Numbered from the whole stretch's first letter, positions 11,281 through 24,186 are shown. The stretch is DNA of 60,271 nt, filler included, from Sphacelaria rigidula (GCA_964200075.2; 10 parts of 10 records of this genome joined end to end with filler, not necessarily neighbours in it); one strand, 5' to 3'. Translations and numbers: made by a program. Notes: generated by a model from the letters alone, not told the origin.

Positions 11281-11881
11281 CGTTGGTCAACAGCTTCTTC
11301 GGTAACGCCCTTCCGAGAACTAACTGTGCACGGTAGCACAAACAGGATAACGGCAAGGAAGCGATCTGGGAAGCTTTACAGGACATATTGCATTGTTATT
11401 GCTACAAATGCTTCGGAGAAAACGCATATGCCTCGATTTAACTCAGACGATGCTTCATATATACTTGCTCGAACTACAGCACTATTTGCAAGATGACTTC
11501 GACGAATGGCACATCCTCGACACCCCTGCAAGGGGATCGCGAGTGGATCAAGAACTAGTATAGTCATACGGCAAGATGATGGTGTTCTAGAAACATGCGA
11601 AGCTCGACGTCAAACCAAAGGATGCCCAGCCGTACCAAAGGGACCCGACGCATTGATATGTTCCACAATAACAAACTCCCAGCTTGCAGATCACACGGGG
11701 CGAGCCAGCTGGAAATGATTGTACATACCAAAGAGCCATGTATCATCATTGAAGCGAGCGATTCCTATGCAGAAGCAGATCAGAGGTATGCTTCGGTACT
11801 CAGTTGAACCGACACACATGGGCGCTGGTAAACGTTCATGTCCGAAAGACCCAGCGAAAAAGCGCGCCTCACGGCTTTTGA

Positions 11882-11975
11882 GGGGGCGGGGGATGTACTC
11901 ATGATAATGCATGCCATAGTCGTAAGACCATTGACCTCGCATTACTGCAATGCCGGGACGGAGCACGCCGGGTTT
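11882..11975 (+). repeat. G-run-headed ~75-90 bp short repeat family copy (contig end)
   Basis: ggggg..gtactcatgataatgcatgccatagtcgtaagaccattgacctcgcat...gccgggacggagcacgccgggttt. Matches 41865-41957 and 42079-42160. Confidence 0.8.
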
Positions 11976-12075
11976 NNNNNNNNNNNNNNNNNNNNNNNNN
12001 NNNNNNNNNNNNNNNNNNNTTAATTAATTAANNNNNNNNNNNNNNNNNNNNNNNNNNNNNNNNNNNNNNNNNNNN
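11976..12075. other. Artificial contig-join spacer
   Basis: 44 N + TTAATTAATTAA + 44 N. Confidence 0.98.
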
Positions 12076-12382
12076 GGCGAGCCTACGTCTGTGACCACGG
12101 GTTCGCGAGATCGGACTAATGTGCGGAAATAATAATAATAATAATATAATCCTTTATTTTGCCGGCGAAGGCAAGCAAACGACGAGATCAGCACCATCTG
12201 TAATGAGATATCTAACATCATCAACAGTAGATCCATGCCGAAATTTCAGACCTTCTGCAGCGCCTTCTGCCATTTTTTAATTTGTCGATAATAATAAGAG
12301 CAACAACAGATGTTGATATTCGGCCGTTCGGAGCTCGATCTCTCCAAAAAATTGATAACTCATCCTGACTTATATATATATT

Positions 12383-12685
12383 GTCTTTCCTTTCTCCAAA
12401 AAATATGATACAGAACCAACCAACCAACCAACCAACCAACCAACGATTCCATCCCCAACCAATAATTAACTATCCTTTCTCCAAAAAATAAAATACAGAA
12501 CCAACCAACCAACCATTCCATCCCCAAACAATAATTAATTAACTAATTAATTAATTTCACATAATTTATATATGCAAACACATTCCATCCCCATTGTCTT
12601 TCCTTTCTCCAAAAAATATAATACAGAACCAACCAACCAACCATTCCATCCCCAAACAATAATTAATTAATTGATTCATTTAATT
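12383..12685. repeat. Three-copy tandem repeat with embedded (AACC)n and (TAAT)n microsatellites
   Basis: tcctttctccaaaaaata...atacagaaccaaccaacc...attccatcccca-acaataattaa starting at about 12388, 12473 and 12601. Confidence 0.85.
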
Positions 12686-13287
12686 ATACATATTTTATCC
12701 AGGCATTATCTTTGAAAAAAATATCGTCTACATTCGTACTCGTAATGATGGGCCTTGTATTATATGTACCACGTTTACACTGTGTTACATGTTTATACGC
12801 GGTGCTTCGTGTCTGGTGTGGTCTTCTGAAGTACTGTCGAGGGAACATTTAGTAGCTGTGAAGAAACGAATAACCTCTGGAGTAAGCGATCTTTCATGTC
12901 ACGTTGCGTATCTTACGTCCAAGGCGTGTGTAGGATACTTCTTGTCTGTACTCAGTACTCAGTACTCTGTACTCTGTGCTTCAAACTCAGTACATTAAGA
13001 ACAGGGGGGTCTGCAGACCAGGATACGAACAATAGTTGATACCGACCGCTATAATAGTGAGAATCATACAGGTGTCCTCTACCCTAGGTTCCTTCTGGAA
13101 GAAGCCAGTATACAAAGCGAATACTGTACAGTGCAGTACCAACAGCCGTGCTGCCTGCTCGACTGTTCACCCATTCTTACACCTGATCGTAAATTGGACG
13201 TTAGGTAATCCCGGAGAGTGCGCGTAGTCCGCCCCACCAACGACTGTTCGCCCTTGCCGCTCTCCTTCGTCGCCAAAAGCAAGCATA

Positions 13288-13351
13288 ATGGCATACTGTG
13301 CGGTTGTTCGCCTGGCTGTTATGGTCGCCTCCCTCGCCGCCATGGTGCAAG
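13288..13351 (+). CDS. First coding exon of a secreted protein (signal peptide)
   Basis: ATG in ataATGG context. MAYCAVVRLAVMVASLAAMVQ is a hydrophobic leader. AAG|GTATGT donor, phase 1. Confidence 0.7.
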
Positions 13352-14023
13352 GTATGTTTATATGTCGGCTCTTCAAACAATTTGTACTTGACAAACACCA
13401 GCCACTGTTCCGGTACAAGTACATAGATCGTGATTGGCCTGGTGAAAGTCGGGGAGGGATGCTGACTAAAAGAGTGGCGGCAGAAGATGCAGTCTGGTTG
13501 TAGATAGCTGCGTGATCTTACGCGTAATCTTGTGCCCATCTGTGTAGAGTTGCATGGTCCCGGATGGGGTCAGCTGCGTTCGAAAAAAGAACGGAAACGG
13601 TATTGGGTGAAATCGATCTTTTTATCCTAGCACGAGCACCCCTAGCATATATTCGGCCGTATTTTTGTTCTCGAGGGCCTCATGCATTTGCCACAAAACG
13701 TGCGACCAGAGATGCACCTCGTCCCAGCGGCTGGATACGTCAGCTGATCGCGTAGGCAGGTGTTTCATGTTCGTTTTCTGTATTACACTCCACACGGTCT
13801 CAAATTACGACGCTTGTTGTCTGAGGTTGTAGGACGGCAATCTAACTGTCTGCCGTCCTTGGCTGCGGCCCTTCTGGCTGACACGCAAGCCTTGCTCAAG
13901 CCAGCAGTTACCTTCACAAGTGTGTGCATGTACCGTCCGTACTGCCAGGAGTGCTTAACAAATATGCTTGAACCATGTTGCACGACACTGTTCTCTTTTG
14001 CCTGGCAACCTCGGCGATTATAG

Positions 14024-14130
14024 AAGGCGCCCATGCGCTGCGCGGAAGGAGCTTGCGAACAGCAGTAGCAGCTGCATCGCCCATCTCTGGAGTCGGACGA
14101 AATCTCCAGGAGGACGTCTGCGCTGCGACT
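14024..14130 (+). CDS. Exon 2 of the secreted protein (propeptide with LRG...RNLQE)
   Basis: ttatAG acceptor and ACT|GTGGGT donor, phase 1 to 0. Encodes EGAHALRGRSLRTAVAAASPISGVGRNLQEDVCAAT. Confidence 0.7.
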
Positions 14131-16753
14131 GTGGGTACTACACAATAGCTGCCAGATGTTTGATACGTACACTGTGGCGAGCAAATAAGATAACCACAAC
14201 CCGCATGCCCTGCGAACTCTTAGCCCATGTAAACTACGGTGTGCTCGTCCTTTGTAATCCTCGACACCGTGGTCTCTGAATGAGTACGAAGTGAGTTTCA
14301 CGGCGTAGACGAGAGAGACTTACTCATCTTTATGAGTCAACAAAGATGTTCCTAGCTTGGGTTGGAGCCGGAAGCGACCTGTTGAAACCGAAGGATTGGG
14401 GTCCTTCGCCTGTGGAGTGTAATATCCGCCGAGAACAAACAACTCTTTCCTCAAACAGTATATACTCGTATATTGTTGACGTTTTTCGGTTCAAACGTAA
14501 TTATTCTTCGCAGAGCTTTGGATATGGTGGGTGTGGGTCGTGCAGGCGAAATCTAAATGCGCTCACATGAGGAGGTTTACTGCTGTTCTACTCGTACCTC
14601 CTGCGTATACCGAACGATAGTCATGTGCTTCACTGCGACGGCCCCTGATTGATTGTGTGCGTAACCCAGGTATCACAATACAGTCGGTCTGTATACTTGA
14701 TGATTTATGATTCGGATATTTCATGTACGGGGCATAACACGATGTCCTGTGTACAGACTGCATTTGACGCGGAGGGAAGCCAAGATATGTTCTTGACTTT
14801 CCTGGGGTTATGATTTTCGGTCCCTCCAGACACCGCCCTTCGGCTGAAAAAGAATCCCCATTCATCATACGCAAAAAATTCCTCTCTCCAGATGACATGG
14901 ACGGATCAGCATGATTCGGGAACTGCGACTTTTTTCCCAGTCAAGGAGCAGATGGCCTCGGCAAAAGCAATTGGCTCTTTGTTGGCACGTTTTGAGAAAA
15001 AGCCCTGATCCTATTTATGTGCGGCAGTTGTCACCACTGGCTGCCCATTCACTACAGGTCGTTGTGCGGACCATGATGACCAAGCCTGTTTATTTGGACA
15101 TATCGGACTCTGCGTTCGGGCTTCTCCTACATCAAGCGACTTGAATTTTCTCCCGAACCTTCATTTTTGGACGAACCGAAAAAATTAGTATTGCAACCCA
15201 ACACTTCGGAAAGTTCACTGTGCGCACGCCATAGGGCTCACTAGCGTTCAAGAATAGTCGATCTTCGAAAAATCGTATATCTTCGAAAAATAGTGTCGAT
15301 AGTAATAATGGGCATCGCCGGACTCATCTCAAACTCGAGGTTCTCGGTACATTTCATAAAAAATTACTGTTCAAAACACCGGGAACCTCGAGAGTTCGAG
15401 ATACTGTACCTTGACGTAGTGTTGGTCTGCATTGATTTTCATATCATTCCGACAGTCAGTTTTCATGTGAAATTATCAAAGGGTTGAACGTCTTGTTTGT
15501 CATGGACATGTTCCCTTGACGTCAAGTTATGATCTGTAGCCAAATGATACCAAGCTCATCTCGCAGAGGCTACAGATCACTTTCAATTTGTCCACGTTGT
15601 AGGAACACTCTGACGCTCGAGAGCTGGGGAAAGGGACGCAAGCACGTGATTCTTCGCCATCCGCTGTTCGAGAACTTGACGTCATGACACGAACACCTCC
15701 ACCTCCAGAACGCTTTCTTTTTTCCATACGGCCGAATGAATATGCATCTGTACGCCAGTTCGGTGAATCAGTCATGCCACTGCAGGGGTTGCACGTTTCT
15801 GCCTAGATCGTTCTCATTCTGAGGCTCCTCCAAATAAGAAGGAGCGACACAAAAATATGGATCAGGAAATTCCCGTTTCAAAATCCGTTCGAAACATCCC
15901 TCGCCCATTGGAGTGCTGACCGTGGCATGCTCTCATATTTTAGATGAGCCTTTTTTGAGGTGAAGTAAAGGGCCCCTAAGAATTCAAACCTCGAAAATAT
16001 TTTGTGCACCCCTACCGCGGCGTTACTCAAATGTACGAGGATGAGGATTATTCCCCAAACCCTTTTCTCTGTCTCGCAAGATTTCCAGTGCGTGGGCCAG
16101 GTCGACCGGCGACTGCCGTTCGTCCTGTGCATGTTCAACACCACCAACGACACACAAGAAACCTGTAGCAACCAATGATATGATCGCAAGGTAAACATGG
16201 CAAACATACACGCAGCGACTTTTATATATATATATATATATGTCGGCATTCTCCCCATGTCTTGTAGATTCTATCTATTATCCATCAGTCACGCGAGGGT
16301 AACCCCCCTCTCAGTAAGGGATATTTTTATTAGTATCGGACCTGTTTTTGTTTTCGAAATCTTTTTATTTGTCGGACAGATTCTACTTCCAAAAAATGTG
16401 ACATGTCTGCGGGCACGCTCGCGGTGCACCTGTACCACATGCGGTGGTGGCATTGTCACCTCTCATGGTGATCTCCACCCACTCAATGTGAATGAATGCA
16501 CGGCACTGCGCTCTACTCTCTATTGTAATTACTACGAAACGGACGTGTTTGTGGGTGGCAACGGCGGGGTGGGCCCAGTCCCCCCGCTGTTTCTACATGG
16601 GCGTCATGTCTTCTATCGCAGCTATCCCGACCCGACCCGACCCCACCCCCCCCCCCACCCCCCCCCCCCCCCCCCCCCCCCCCCCCACCGAGTAGAACTC
16701 ACATAGTGGCAGAAAGTGAACTATATAATGAGGAACGGGACGTGTTAGAGGAG

Positions 16754-17280
16754 CATGAGAGAAGTGAACGAAGGTGGCATGAAAACTTCCGATACATTGA
16801 ACAGTAGCTAAAAACGGATCGCTTTATTGGGAGAAAATGGTGGCCACAGACTGCGAATCAGGGAGACAAGAAATATGAAAGGTGTTCATGTATTTGTATG
16901 GAAAAAACGTATTGAGTGCCCAAATGTTGGAGGTGTCAAGAGGAGTAGGAACATTTCTCCGTCTCGAAAGGGATGCGTTGTCAATGGTCATGAGAGAAGT
17001 AAACGAAGGTGGCCTGGAATCGTTTGACATGAGACAGTAACAAGATAACAACCGCTTTATTCGGAGATGAATGGTAGCCACAGACTGCGAATCAGGAAGG
17101 AGACAAGATATGTACAAGTTTGTGTAATGTATGGAGGAAACGTATTGAGCACCGCAATGTTGGAGATGTCTTCATTAGGAGTAGGGACGGTGCTCCATCT
17201 CGAGAGGGATGCGTGGTCAGCGGCCAAACAACTACGGCAAGCAACAAATGAGTACCCCGCCCCGCCCCCGCCCCTGCCCC
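16754..17280. repeat. Two diverged tandem ~235-bp units ending in the G-run short repeat family (minus orientation)
   Basis: catgagagaagt-aacgaaggtggc...gccacagactgcgaatcagg...cgtattgag...tctcga-agggatgcgt-gtca at about 16754 and 16989. Confidence 0.8.
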
Positions 17281-17683
17281 CGCAAAAATGGCTGGGCTAA
17301 CCGAAGACGAGCTGCACGACTGAGCGCTATAAGGGTATTGAGCGCCCGAGGCCAAACATTTTGAGAATCCGGCCTTTGACGGCCCCGCCGAGTTTTGGAG
17401 GATGACCTACCTATAGGTGTAGATGGCTGCGAGTAGGTAAAACATGCATCCCGCTGTTACCGCCGTTCGTGTTCACCGTATGTTGTCATGTCACATAACC
17501 GTCTGCACTGGTTGTGGATATACGTGCAGCTACAAAAACTCGGCCACAGCTTGGGAAGCGTAGATGGCACACCTTCTTACCCCGTACCTACTTGTTGTTC
17601 TTGCAGCAGCTTCACCTGTACCTAATACGCGCTCGTGTTTTGTCCCTGTGGAACCTTGCTGCTTCTGATTCCCGTCTGTCCAG

Positions 17684-17845
17684 GACGGCTTTTTCGTGGA
17701 CTCAGCCATCACCGACCTGGGCATCGAAATCGCGGGATGCTACTCGAGCCTCTCCTCCGACACTTCGGAGTACCCCGTGTACATCCAAGGAGGCGGTGAC
17801 CCTGCGAAGGGGAAGGCGTTGATGATAGTGTCGTCGTTCAAAGCG
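17684..17845 (+). CDS. Exon 3 of the secreted protein (3' partial), unknown function
   Basis: Pyrimidine tract + ccAG acceptor and GCG|GTAAGG donor, 54 GC3-rich codons DGFFVDSAITDLGIEIAGCYSSLSSDTSEYPVYIQGGGDPAKGKALMIVSSFKA. Confidence 0.7.
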
Positions 17846-18012
17846 GTAAGGCTTCTTTTGTAGAAAACCACAAAAAAACGAACTCTTCATGACACAGGGC
17901 AGTGAAACGGAAATACAGAATTTTTTCAAAAGATAACAGCATGAATGGTGCACGTCCGAAGGCTTGAGTGGCACGCTGACGCAGTTTGCTTCTTGCTCCA
18001 TCCCCCCCACCC

Positions 18013-18112
18013 NNNNNNNNNNNNNNNNNNNNNNNNNNNNNNNNNNNNNNNNNNNNTTAATTAATTAANNNNNNNNNNNNNNNNNNNNNNNNNNNNNNNN
18101 NNNNNNNNNNNN
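18013..18112. other. Artificial contig-join spacer
   Basis: 44 N + TTAATTAATTAA + 44 N. Confidence 0.98.
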
Positions 18113-18419
18113 ACGGTCCACACCTGCGTGGTAAAAACAAATAAAAAACAAACCTGGGGTTCAAGCGTAAACAATCCAGTCGTTCTCGCTTTTATCCCTG
18201 AGTTCTGCTTTTCCCCCGAAACTCTCTATTGGCCAGAAAAGATGGTGACAGAAGAGGCGACCCGCTATATGTGCCTTCTGATACCTATCTGGCCACCGGT
18301 GCGGGGCCGCCCATCCCCTTCACAGTATGTGATATATTTTGGCTAAACATCACGACGACAGAAAGTGCGGGTCGATATGCGCCTTTTGGTACCCCTCTGG
18401 TCACCGGTGCTGTGTTGCT

Positions 18420-19410
18420 TTTACCCTGGACAACACAATATGTTCCAACATGATACCCACACCTTGTATTGGAGACAGCGCAAATATTGTCCCTTCAGTA
18501 TATATTGTGCTGAGATGTCCTCGGAGGCATTGAAGCAGCAACATATATTTCTCGTGTCATGATAGTGAAATAGTGCATGACAATATACATTGGACATGCA
18601 TTTGCTCCCGGAACAAAACATTCAACATATATTGTGCATGCCGACCGTGTATGTATTGAAGTGTCCATATATATTGAGTCGAATCAATGCATAACATATT
18701 GTTACCACCATATATATATTGAACACAAAGCATGCAAAAGTATTGTTTTTCCAATATATATATTGCGCACGCTCATCGCATAGCTATTGTGCAGCCAATA
18801 TATATTAAACACGCTCGCGGAGGGATGTATTGAGTGTTTTCGGCATGTTGTGGTGATACATCTCTCAATGGTGCCCGCGAACATAGCACTGCTTGCTATA
18901 CTAATTCCAATACACTTTCCACTCTACATGTTGACTCATCAATATATCGATACACCAATATGTATTGTGACCGTCGGTTCCCTCGTGTATTGTCCGCCCA
19001 ACATATATTGGACGCATTGACGCACGACATGTTGGGGCGGCAATATATATTGACGCTTCGGGTGTTGAGTTTATTGAATCGGCAGTATGTATTAACCTCG
19101 AGTGGTAGCCAATATATCGCTCGATAAATTTATACATACATATATATATATATATATATATTGGTGCCTTACCGCACCGTCATATTAGTCGGTCAATATA
19201 TATTGAGGTGGCTCGTGTCGTGATGTATTGTTCGGTGGACATACATTGCATGTGGCGACCCTTGACATATTGATGGCACAATATAAATGGACCTGTCTCT
19301 CGTGCCATCATATCGCTCGCCCAATATTTATTGACGACCCGACGCGTCGACATATTGAGCGGGCAATATATATATATATATATATTACATATTATGTTGT
19401 CCAGGGTGTG
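18420..19410. mobile_element. ~990-bp non-autonomous DNA transposon (ACCCTGGACAA TIR family) filled with CAATAT(AT)n/ATATTG subrepeats
   Basis: 20-bp TIRs accctggacaacacaatatg (18423) and catattatgttgtccagggt (19388-19407), 1 mismatch. Confidence 0.75.
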
Positions 19411-19475
19411 TAATGTTTCGTGAATAAAGGCGTAGATGTGTGTCGAATTGGGGCGATATGCGTGCACTCCCGAAC

Positions 19476-19582
19476 CTTTTCAAGAAACGCTCGGTCGCCA
19501 TGGCCTCTTGTCTATCCAGCTCCCGCTCATCTTCATTCGCATCCAACCATGGTTCATAGGTCGTCCCTGGCGATAAAGTCTC
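19476..19582 (-). CDS. Exon of the contig-4 membrane protein (cytoplasmic loop)
   Basis: ttttccataccAG acceptor and AAG|GTTCGG donor, phase-0 start. Encodes ETLSPGTTYEPWLDANEDERELDRQEAMATERFLK. Confidence 0.55.
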
Positions 19583-20104
19583 CTGGTATGGAAAACGTGT
19601 AATGCATTTAGGAAACGGCACTAATATCAATGTATGATGCCCACGAGAGGGGTTGACAGGAGACTCAGTAGGGTCCGCATGCACATAAGGTGTTCTTCTA
19701 CTCCGCGCGGGTGCTACACATTTTACTTGAGAACATTACTCCCAGCACAGACTGGAACAACGCCTATATGGGCTTTTTTCACGCGCCTTTTGCGGTACTT
19801 GTTGTGACCCCTCTTGATTGAGCCCTGTCTGAGGCGTAGTTACAGAACGAACCCGGAAATCCCGAGGGCATTCAAGCGTGATATATTCGCGACAATGTGC
19901 TGCGCTAACCGATGACAAATAGGGGTTATCAAGCCACAGTTATCTTTCGCATACGTCTCATCATTCATTCTTAATCGGGCCGCATCAACTGGTCTGGAGA
20001 TTAGACTGCGTTCAGACACAAAACATAATTTCAGTACCCCGGTGTAATCGTTCCTTTGGAAAGGCGTCATGATACATGTCTGCTTCTTCTGAAACAACAC
20101 TCAC

Positions 20105-20293
20105 GGTCCCTCGCTCACGGCGGCGCTCAAAACGACTCCTGCGGAACGCGTTAGACTTTGCCAGCCACCTCGCCTCCATGAACGACAGGAACATCACGTG
20201 CAGCACCACAATGACAAACAGTGCTGAGAACACCGCTATCGTGTTGAAGAGCCACACTCGATTGTCATTTTCTTCCCAAGAGTAACGGGACTC
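20105..20293 (-). CDS. Exon of the contig-4 multi-pass membrane protein (one TM helix + basic stretch)
   Basis: cccacAG acceptor and ACC|GTGAGT donor, 63 codons ESRYSWEENDNRVWLFNTIAVFSALFVIVVLHVMFLSFMEARWLAKSNAFRRSRFERRRERGT. Confidence 0.75.
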
Positions 20294-21648
20294 CTGTGGG
20301 GGCGGGGGCATCAGGCATTATTACCATTATCGTTGTCACGTGAGCCGAACACATCGAAAACAGCGGTCATAGGGTGGACGCAGACCAGCGGTTCGTAATT
20401 ATGTACCGCAACAAACACGCCATGGAACGGCGCAACTATGTGAGACTGGTAGCTGGAAGGATCAAGGTCAAGATATTTCGTTTTCACTGTCCTGTTATTT
20501 TGTATGATGGAACAGATCCCCACCGGCTGCTCGAAGGATCAACGCCGGGATATTATCTTACTGGGGTGTTTATTTGTGTGTTGTAATGGCTCCCCACTAA
20601 CCGAGCCCCGTTTATACTCCTGACGCAAGACTACGTTTCTACGGGGTAGAGGGATCGAAGTCCGACTCATGCGTTTTCTCTTCGTTTCTATTTTTGTGAA
20701 TACGTAATGGGGTTGTGTTATCGCAAAAGAGTGTGCGCGCAGTTCAAGATGTCGGCAAACAGAGTAGTCCACGACTGCCAAACATGCATGTGCATTTAAC
20801 CACCAGAGGGGCTTGACAAAAGCGCACCCCCCTCGACATGCTGACAACGCCCCTTTGTACCGCAGCCCAGTCACCAGTGCCTCTGTCAAGAACAAGTACA
20901 TGAAGCACGCAACACACACCGCCCTGCACAGATTACGGAAGGCAAGCAAGAGCAGGTATATATATATATATATATTATATGTATATATTGCGTATGCGCT
21001 GGAACTGTCTGTGCCTGTCGGCTGTTCTGGCACAACGCGGTACGAACCCTTCCTTGCGTGCAGTTATCACACATTTTCCTTGAGGTTCTCCCTTGATCTG
21101 CCATGAAAGACCATAATATCCTCCTTTGCTCTGACCCCACTGTTTAATATGAACACGAATAGCGGCAAATTCTCACTGAAAATAATAACTGCCAGAATGG
21201 AGCTTTCAACGGACGGTCGATAGTGACTCAAACCAGCGGTAGTCGTGGCTGGACAGCTATCGAGGTTTTACTACCGACACACCTTCCCGTCGTGCGTCAC
21301 ATGTTATGTCGGGCTTACACAACTCCGCCTCTCACTGAAAATGTGCCACTTGCACCCAAAACATTCTGAAACTAGTACACAATTTCGCGTTTTTGACGGT
21401 CACAGCACATTCGGAAGCGCTGTACGTTCCCGAAGGTATTCATATTTCTACATGAGGCGATTTCGACGTGGTGAAGTTTCTGGATGTTGCTCTTCGTGTG
21501 TTGGGTGATGGCGTGACTTCCCGTATAAGCTATGGCAGCCTGATTCAACGGGACGTCGTTTGTAGTGTTTATACACGAGGCAAATGGGAATACCATCGTT
21601 ACGCTTTTGTGATCGACGAAAACCGCATGAAAAACCGTGAGTCGTCAC

Positions 21649-21798
21649 CTCGTCGCCGCATGATACCCAAGCACCGAAGTTGGTGTCGAAGTGCAGATTG
21701 AGCCACATGAGCTTCTTTGCCATTTTCATGAAGGGCTCGCTGATGTTGGCCTCCAGGTATCGCAGCATGCTCAAGAACTGCATCTGGAATATCATGAG
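21649..21798 (-). CDS. Exon of the contig-4 multi-pass membrane protein (TRP/FLC-like C-terminal TM region, QxQF...WLNL motif)
   Basis: ttttttcAG acceptor, probable GAG|GTGACG donor. Encodes LMIFQMQFLSMLRYLEANISEPFMKMAKKLMWLNLHFDTNFGAWVSCGDE and joins the next exon in phase 0. Confidence 0.7.
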
Positions 21799-24049
21799 CT
21801 GAAAAAAGGGAAAACAAAATGAAGAATCCCGTCAAACTACACAATATGGTTCAATAAACATGGTAACAGAGCAAGATATCAAGGAACAAAGAGAGCTCCG
21901 TTTTCTCGAGTACCGGGCGAGATCTGCCGCGGGGAAGGACAAGCCATTGTCAGTCATGAAAACCTAACGTAACGAAGCACCGAACACAAGTGTGCGTGAT
22001 CCTGAGGCTGTGTCTTATCAAAGCCAAAAAAGAAACGGAAAAGGAACAAGCATCCAAAGTAGCTAGCATGTTGATTAGTGGCCGCAACCTTAGACCCGCC
22101 CGACGATCAACAAGCATGCTAATTTTGAACGCTTACCCCTTTTACCGCTTCTTCTTTTGGTCTCGATAAGACACGGCCTGATAGTACTATGAGAAGATGG
22201 ACGAATAATCCACACGCTCATTGACTTACAGTGGCCTCCCCAATGTCATGCCGGGAAGTGCAGGCGCATGATCACCAGGAGATCGTCCAAATTACACGCT
22301 TCATTTTTGTTGCACCTTTTACCTCTCCCCCTTCCTCTCAACAAATCCGTGATCTCAAGGGATCAAGTCATCCCTCCCCCAGCGTCGAAGCCTTTCAATG
22401 CCGATGCGGCGCACAAGGACGAGCCGGACGTGGTGTCAATAGGCAAAACGATTTTGCAATCGTCGAGCACGATTGTAAACTATGACACAAGATTATTTTG
22501 AAAGTTCCCGCTTCAGCCATATAAAGGGCACATTTGCATACTGGATGGATAATGTAAAACGTATGTTGGATTCGAACGGCCAAAGCTTATGTTATCATGT
22601 ATTGCGTGTTCAATATGCTTTTATCAAAACAAACAGAGTGCACAGAAATATAAGAATGCAGTTCGGCAGAGAGCATGGATCCTGTCACGATAGTGGAAAC
22701 TCAATTATTTTTTCTGGAGCGCCGGTCTACATGCCCATATGTCTTGACAAGCCCATCACGGTCAATAGTTCACTCTACTTTCTCAAAGAAGTAGTGTGGA
22801 CGTCACTACGGCGGCTCTTCTATGACGAAACACGGTCTTGAACTATCATACAACCTTCATCTGTGTTCTTGCCCTACACCTGGCATATCCATCCACGGTC
22901 TCACATCCATCTATGACATTCTGCTTTGATATTCATCTGGTACTTCCATGTAGAGTATGGCGCCCCCGATGGACATCCAAGATTGTCACTCGAAATGAGC
23001 ATCTATGTTTCAGATGGACATCTCATGGGATATGATATCCCACGTGGATATCTCATGCGGAGGACATAGTATTCCAGAGGAAGGTTGCACCATAATTCAA
23101 GACTCCCTGACAATGGGTCTTCATCCTCCATATTTCCGTGTTCTCAAGGTGGAAACTCTATTCGTGGAGCACTTCGTGGCGGCGCGCCAGACCCGGCCGA
23201 AGAGCCTGCCGAATCGCTGGGTTTACCAACACAGGTAACACTTACTTGATCAGTCCCGTCCCCGAAAAACCTGCCCTCGCACTCCTTCACTGTCCGCGCT
23301 ACAGACGACAGGGTTATAACCCTTCACATAATACTTCTACAAATGAGACTTGTCCCTGGAACAGGAGCTTGCTGTCCATAGCCCAAACCCATCTGTCACC
23401 GGCGGCTGCTATTTATTTCCAACACCCCTCGATCGCATGTGTACTTTGTCAACGATCGTCATCATCCCGGCATGCCCGCAAAACTGAGCGCAAACATCCT
23501 TTTGCTTCAATTTTGAGGTGCTGAATTCGGCGGCGAAAGTCGCCATCGTTCAGTGTTATGGGTGTACAGTGGCGGTAAAGTCGTTGAAGTAGTATTCACG
23601 CAACCAGTGAGCGTTAGGCCAAGGAATATATCATCTGTCGTAATTAGATTTAGTTTACGGAACGATATTTCAGGATTACGTTTTACGTCAGCGACGATCT
23701 CACGTTTGCGCGAAACTCTTTGTTCACATTGTGTTCCCCGACAAGTACTGTAACCCCATGTAGTCATCGATGTGTAACACTTGGTGCGTGAATGAACCTC
23801 GTTTGCGTTCATATTGACCCTGCAGCAGTTTTCGCCGGTTTGGCGACGTGCTAGCGACAAACACAGAAGATACCACCGAGTCGTATGGAACAGCATGACA
23901 CCTGTTTGGCAAGAATTCCACACCGCACCACGTGTAATGCTTGAGAGGACCGCGTGCTTAGAGAACCGCATCGGAGCCATCCTACGATAAGGGGGGGGGG
24001 GGTATTTTGGGCCATTTGTTGCTCGAAATTTCGAGTCAGATCGTCGTTG

Positions 24050-24149
24050 NNNNNNNNNNNNNNNNNNNNNNNNNNNNNNNNNNNNNNNNNNNNTTAATTA
24101 ATTAANNNNNNNNNNNNNNNNNNNNNNNNNNNNNNNNNNNNNNNNNNNN
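24050..24149. other. Artificial contig-join spacer
   Basis: 44 N + TTAATTAATTAA + 44 N. Confidence 0.98.
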
Positions 24150-24186
24150 GATCGGGTTTGGGGGGGGGGCTATCGTAGAAAGTGTC

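Noticed and set aside
6039..11975. Integrated phaeovirus (EsV-like provirus)
   Set aside because: Only one EsV-1-7 gene, flanked by host repeats; no other viral genes and no gene-dense organisation.
18113..18284. Further exon(s) of the contig-4 membrane gene (18284-18173, or an acceptor at 18124), plus candidates near 20800-20925 and 21914-21962
   Set aside because: Weak donors, an implausibly short intron or incompatible phase; cannot be chosen without RNA data.
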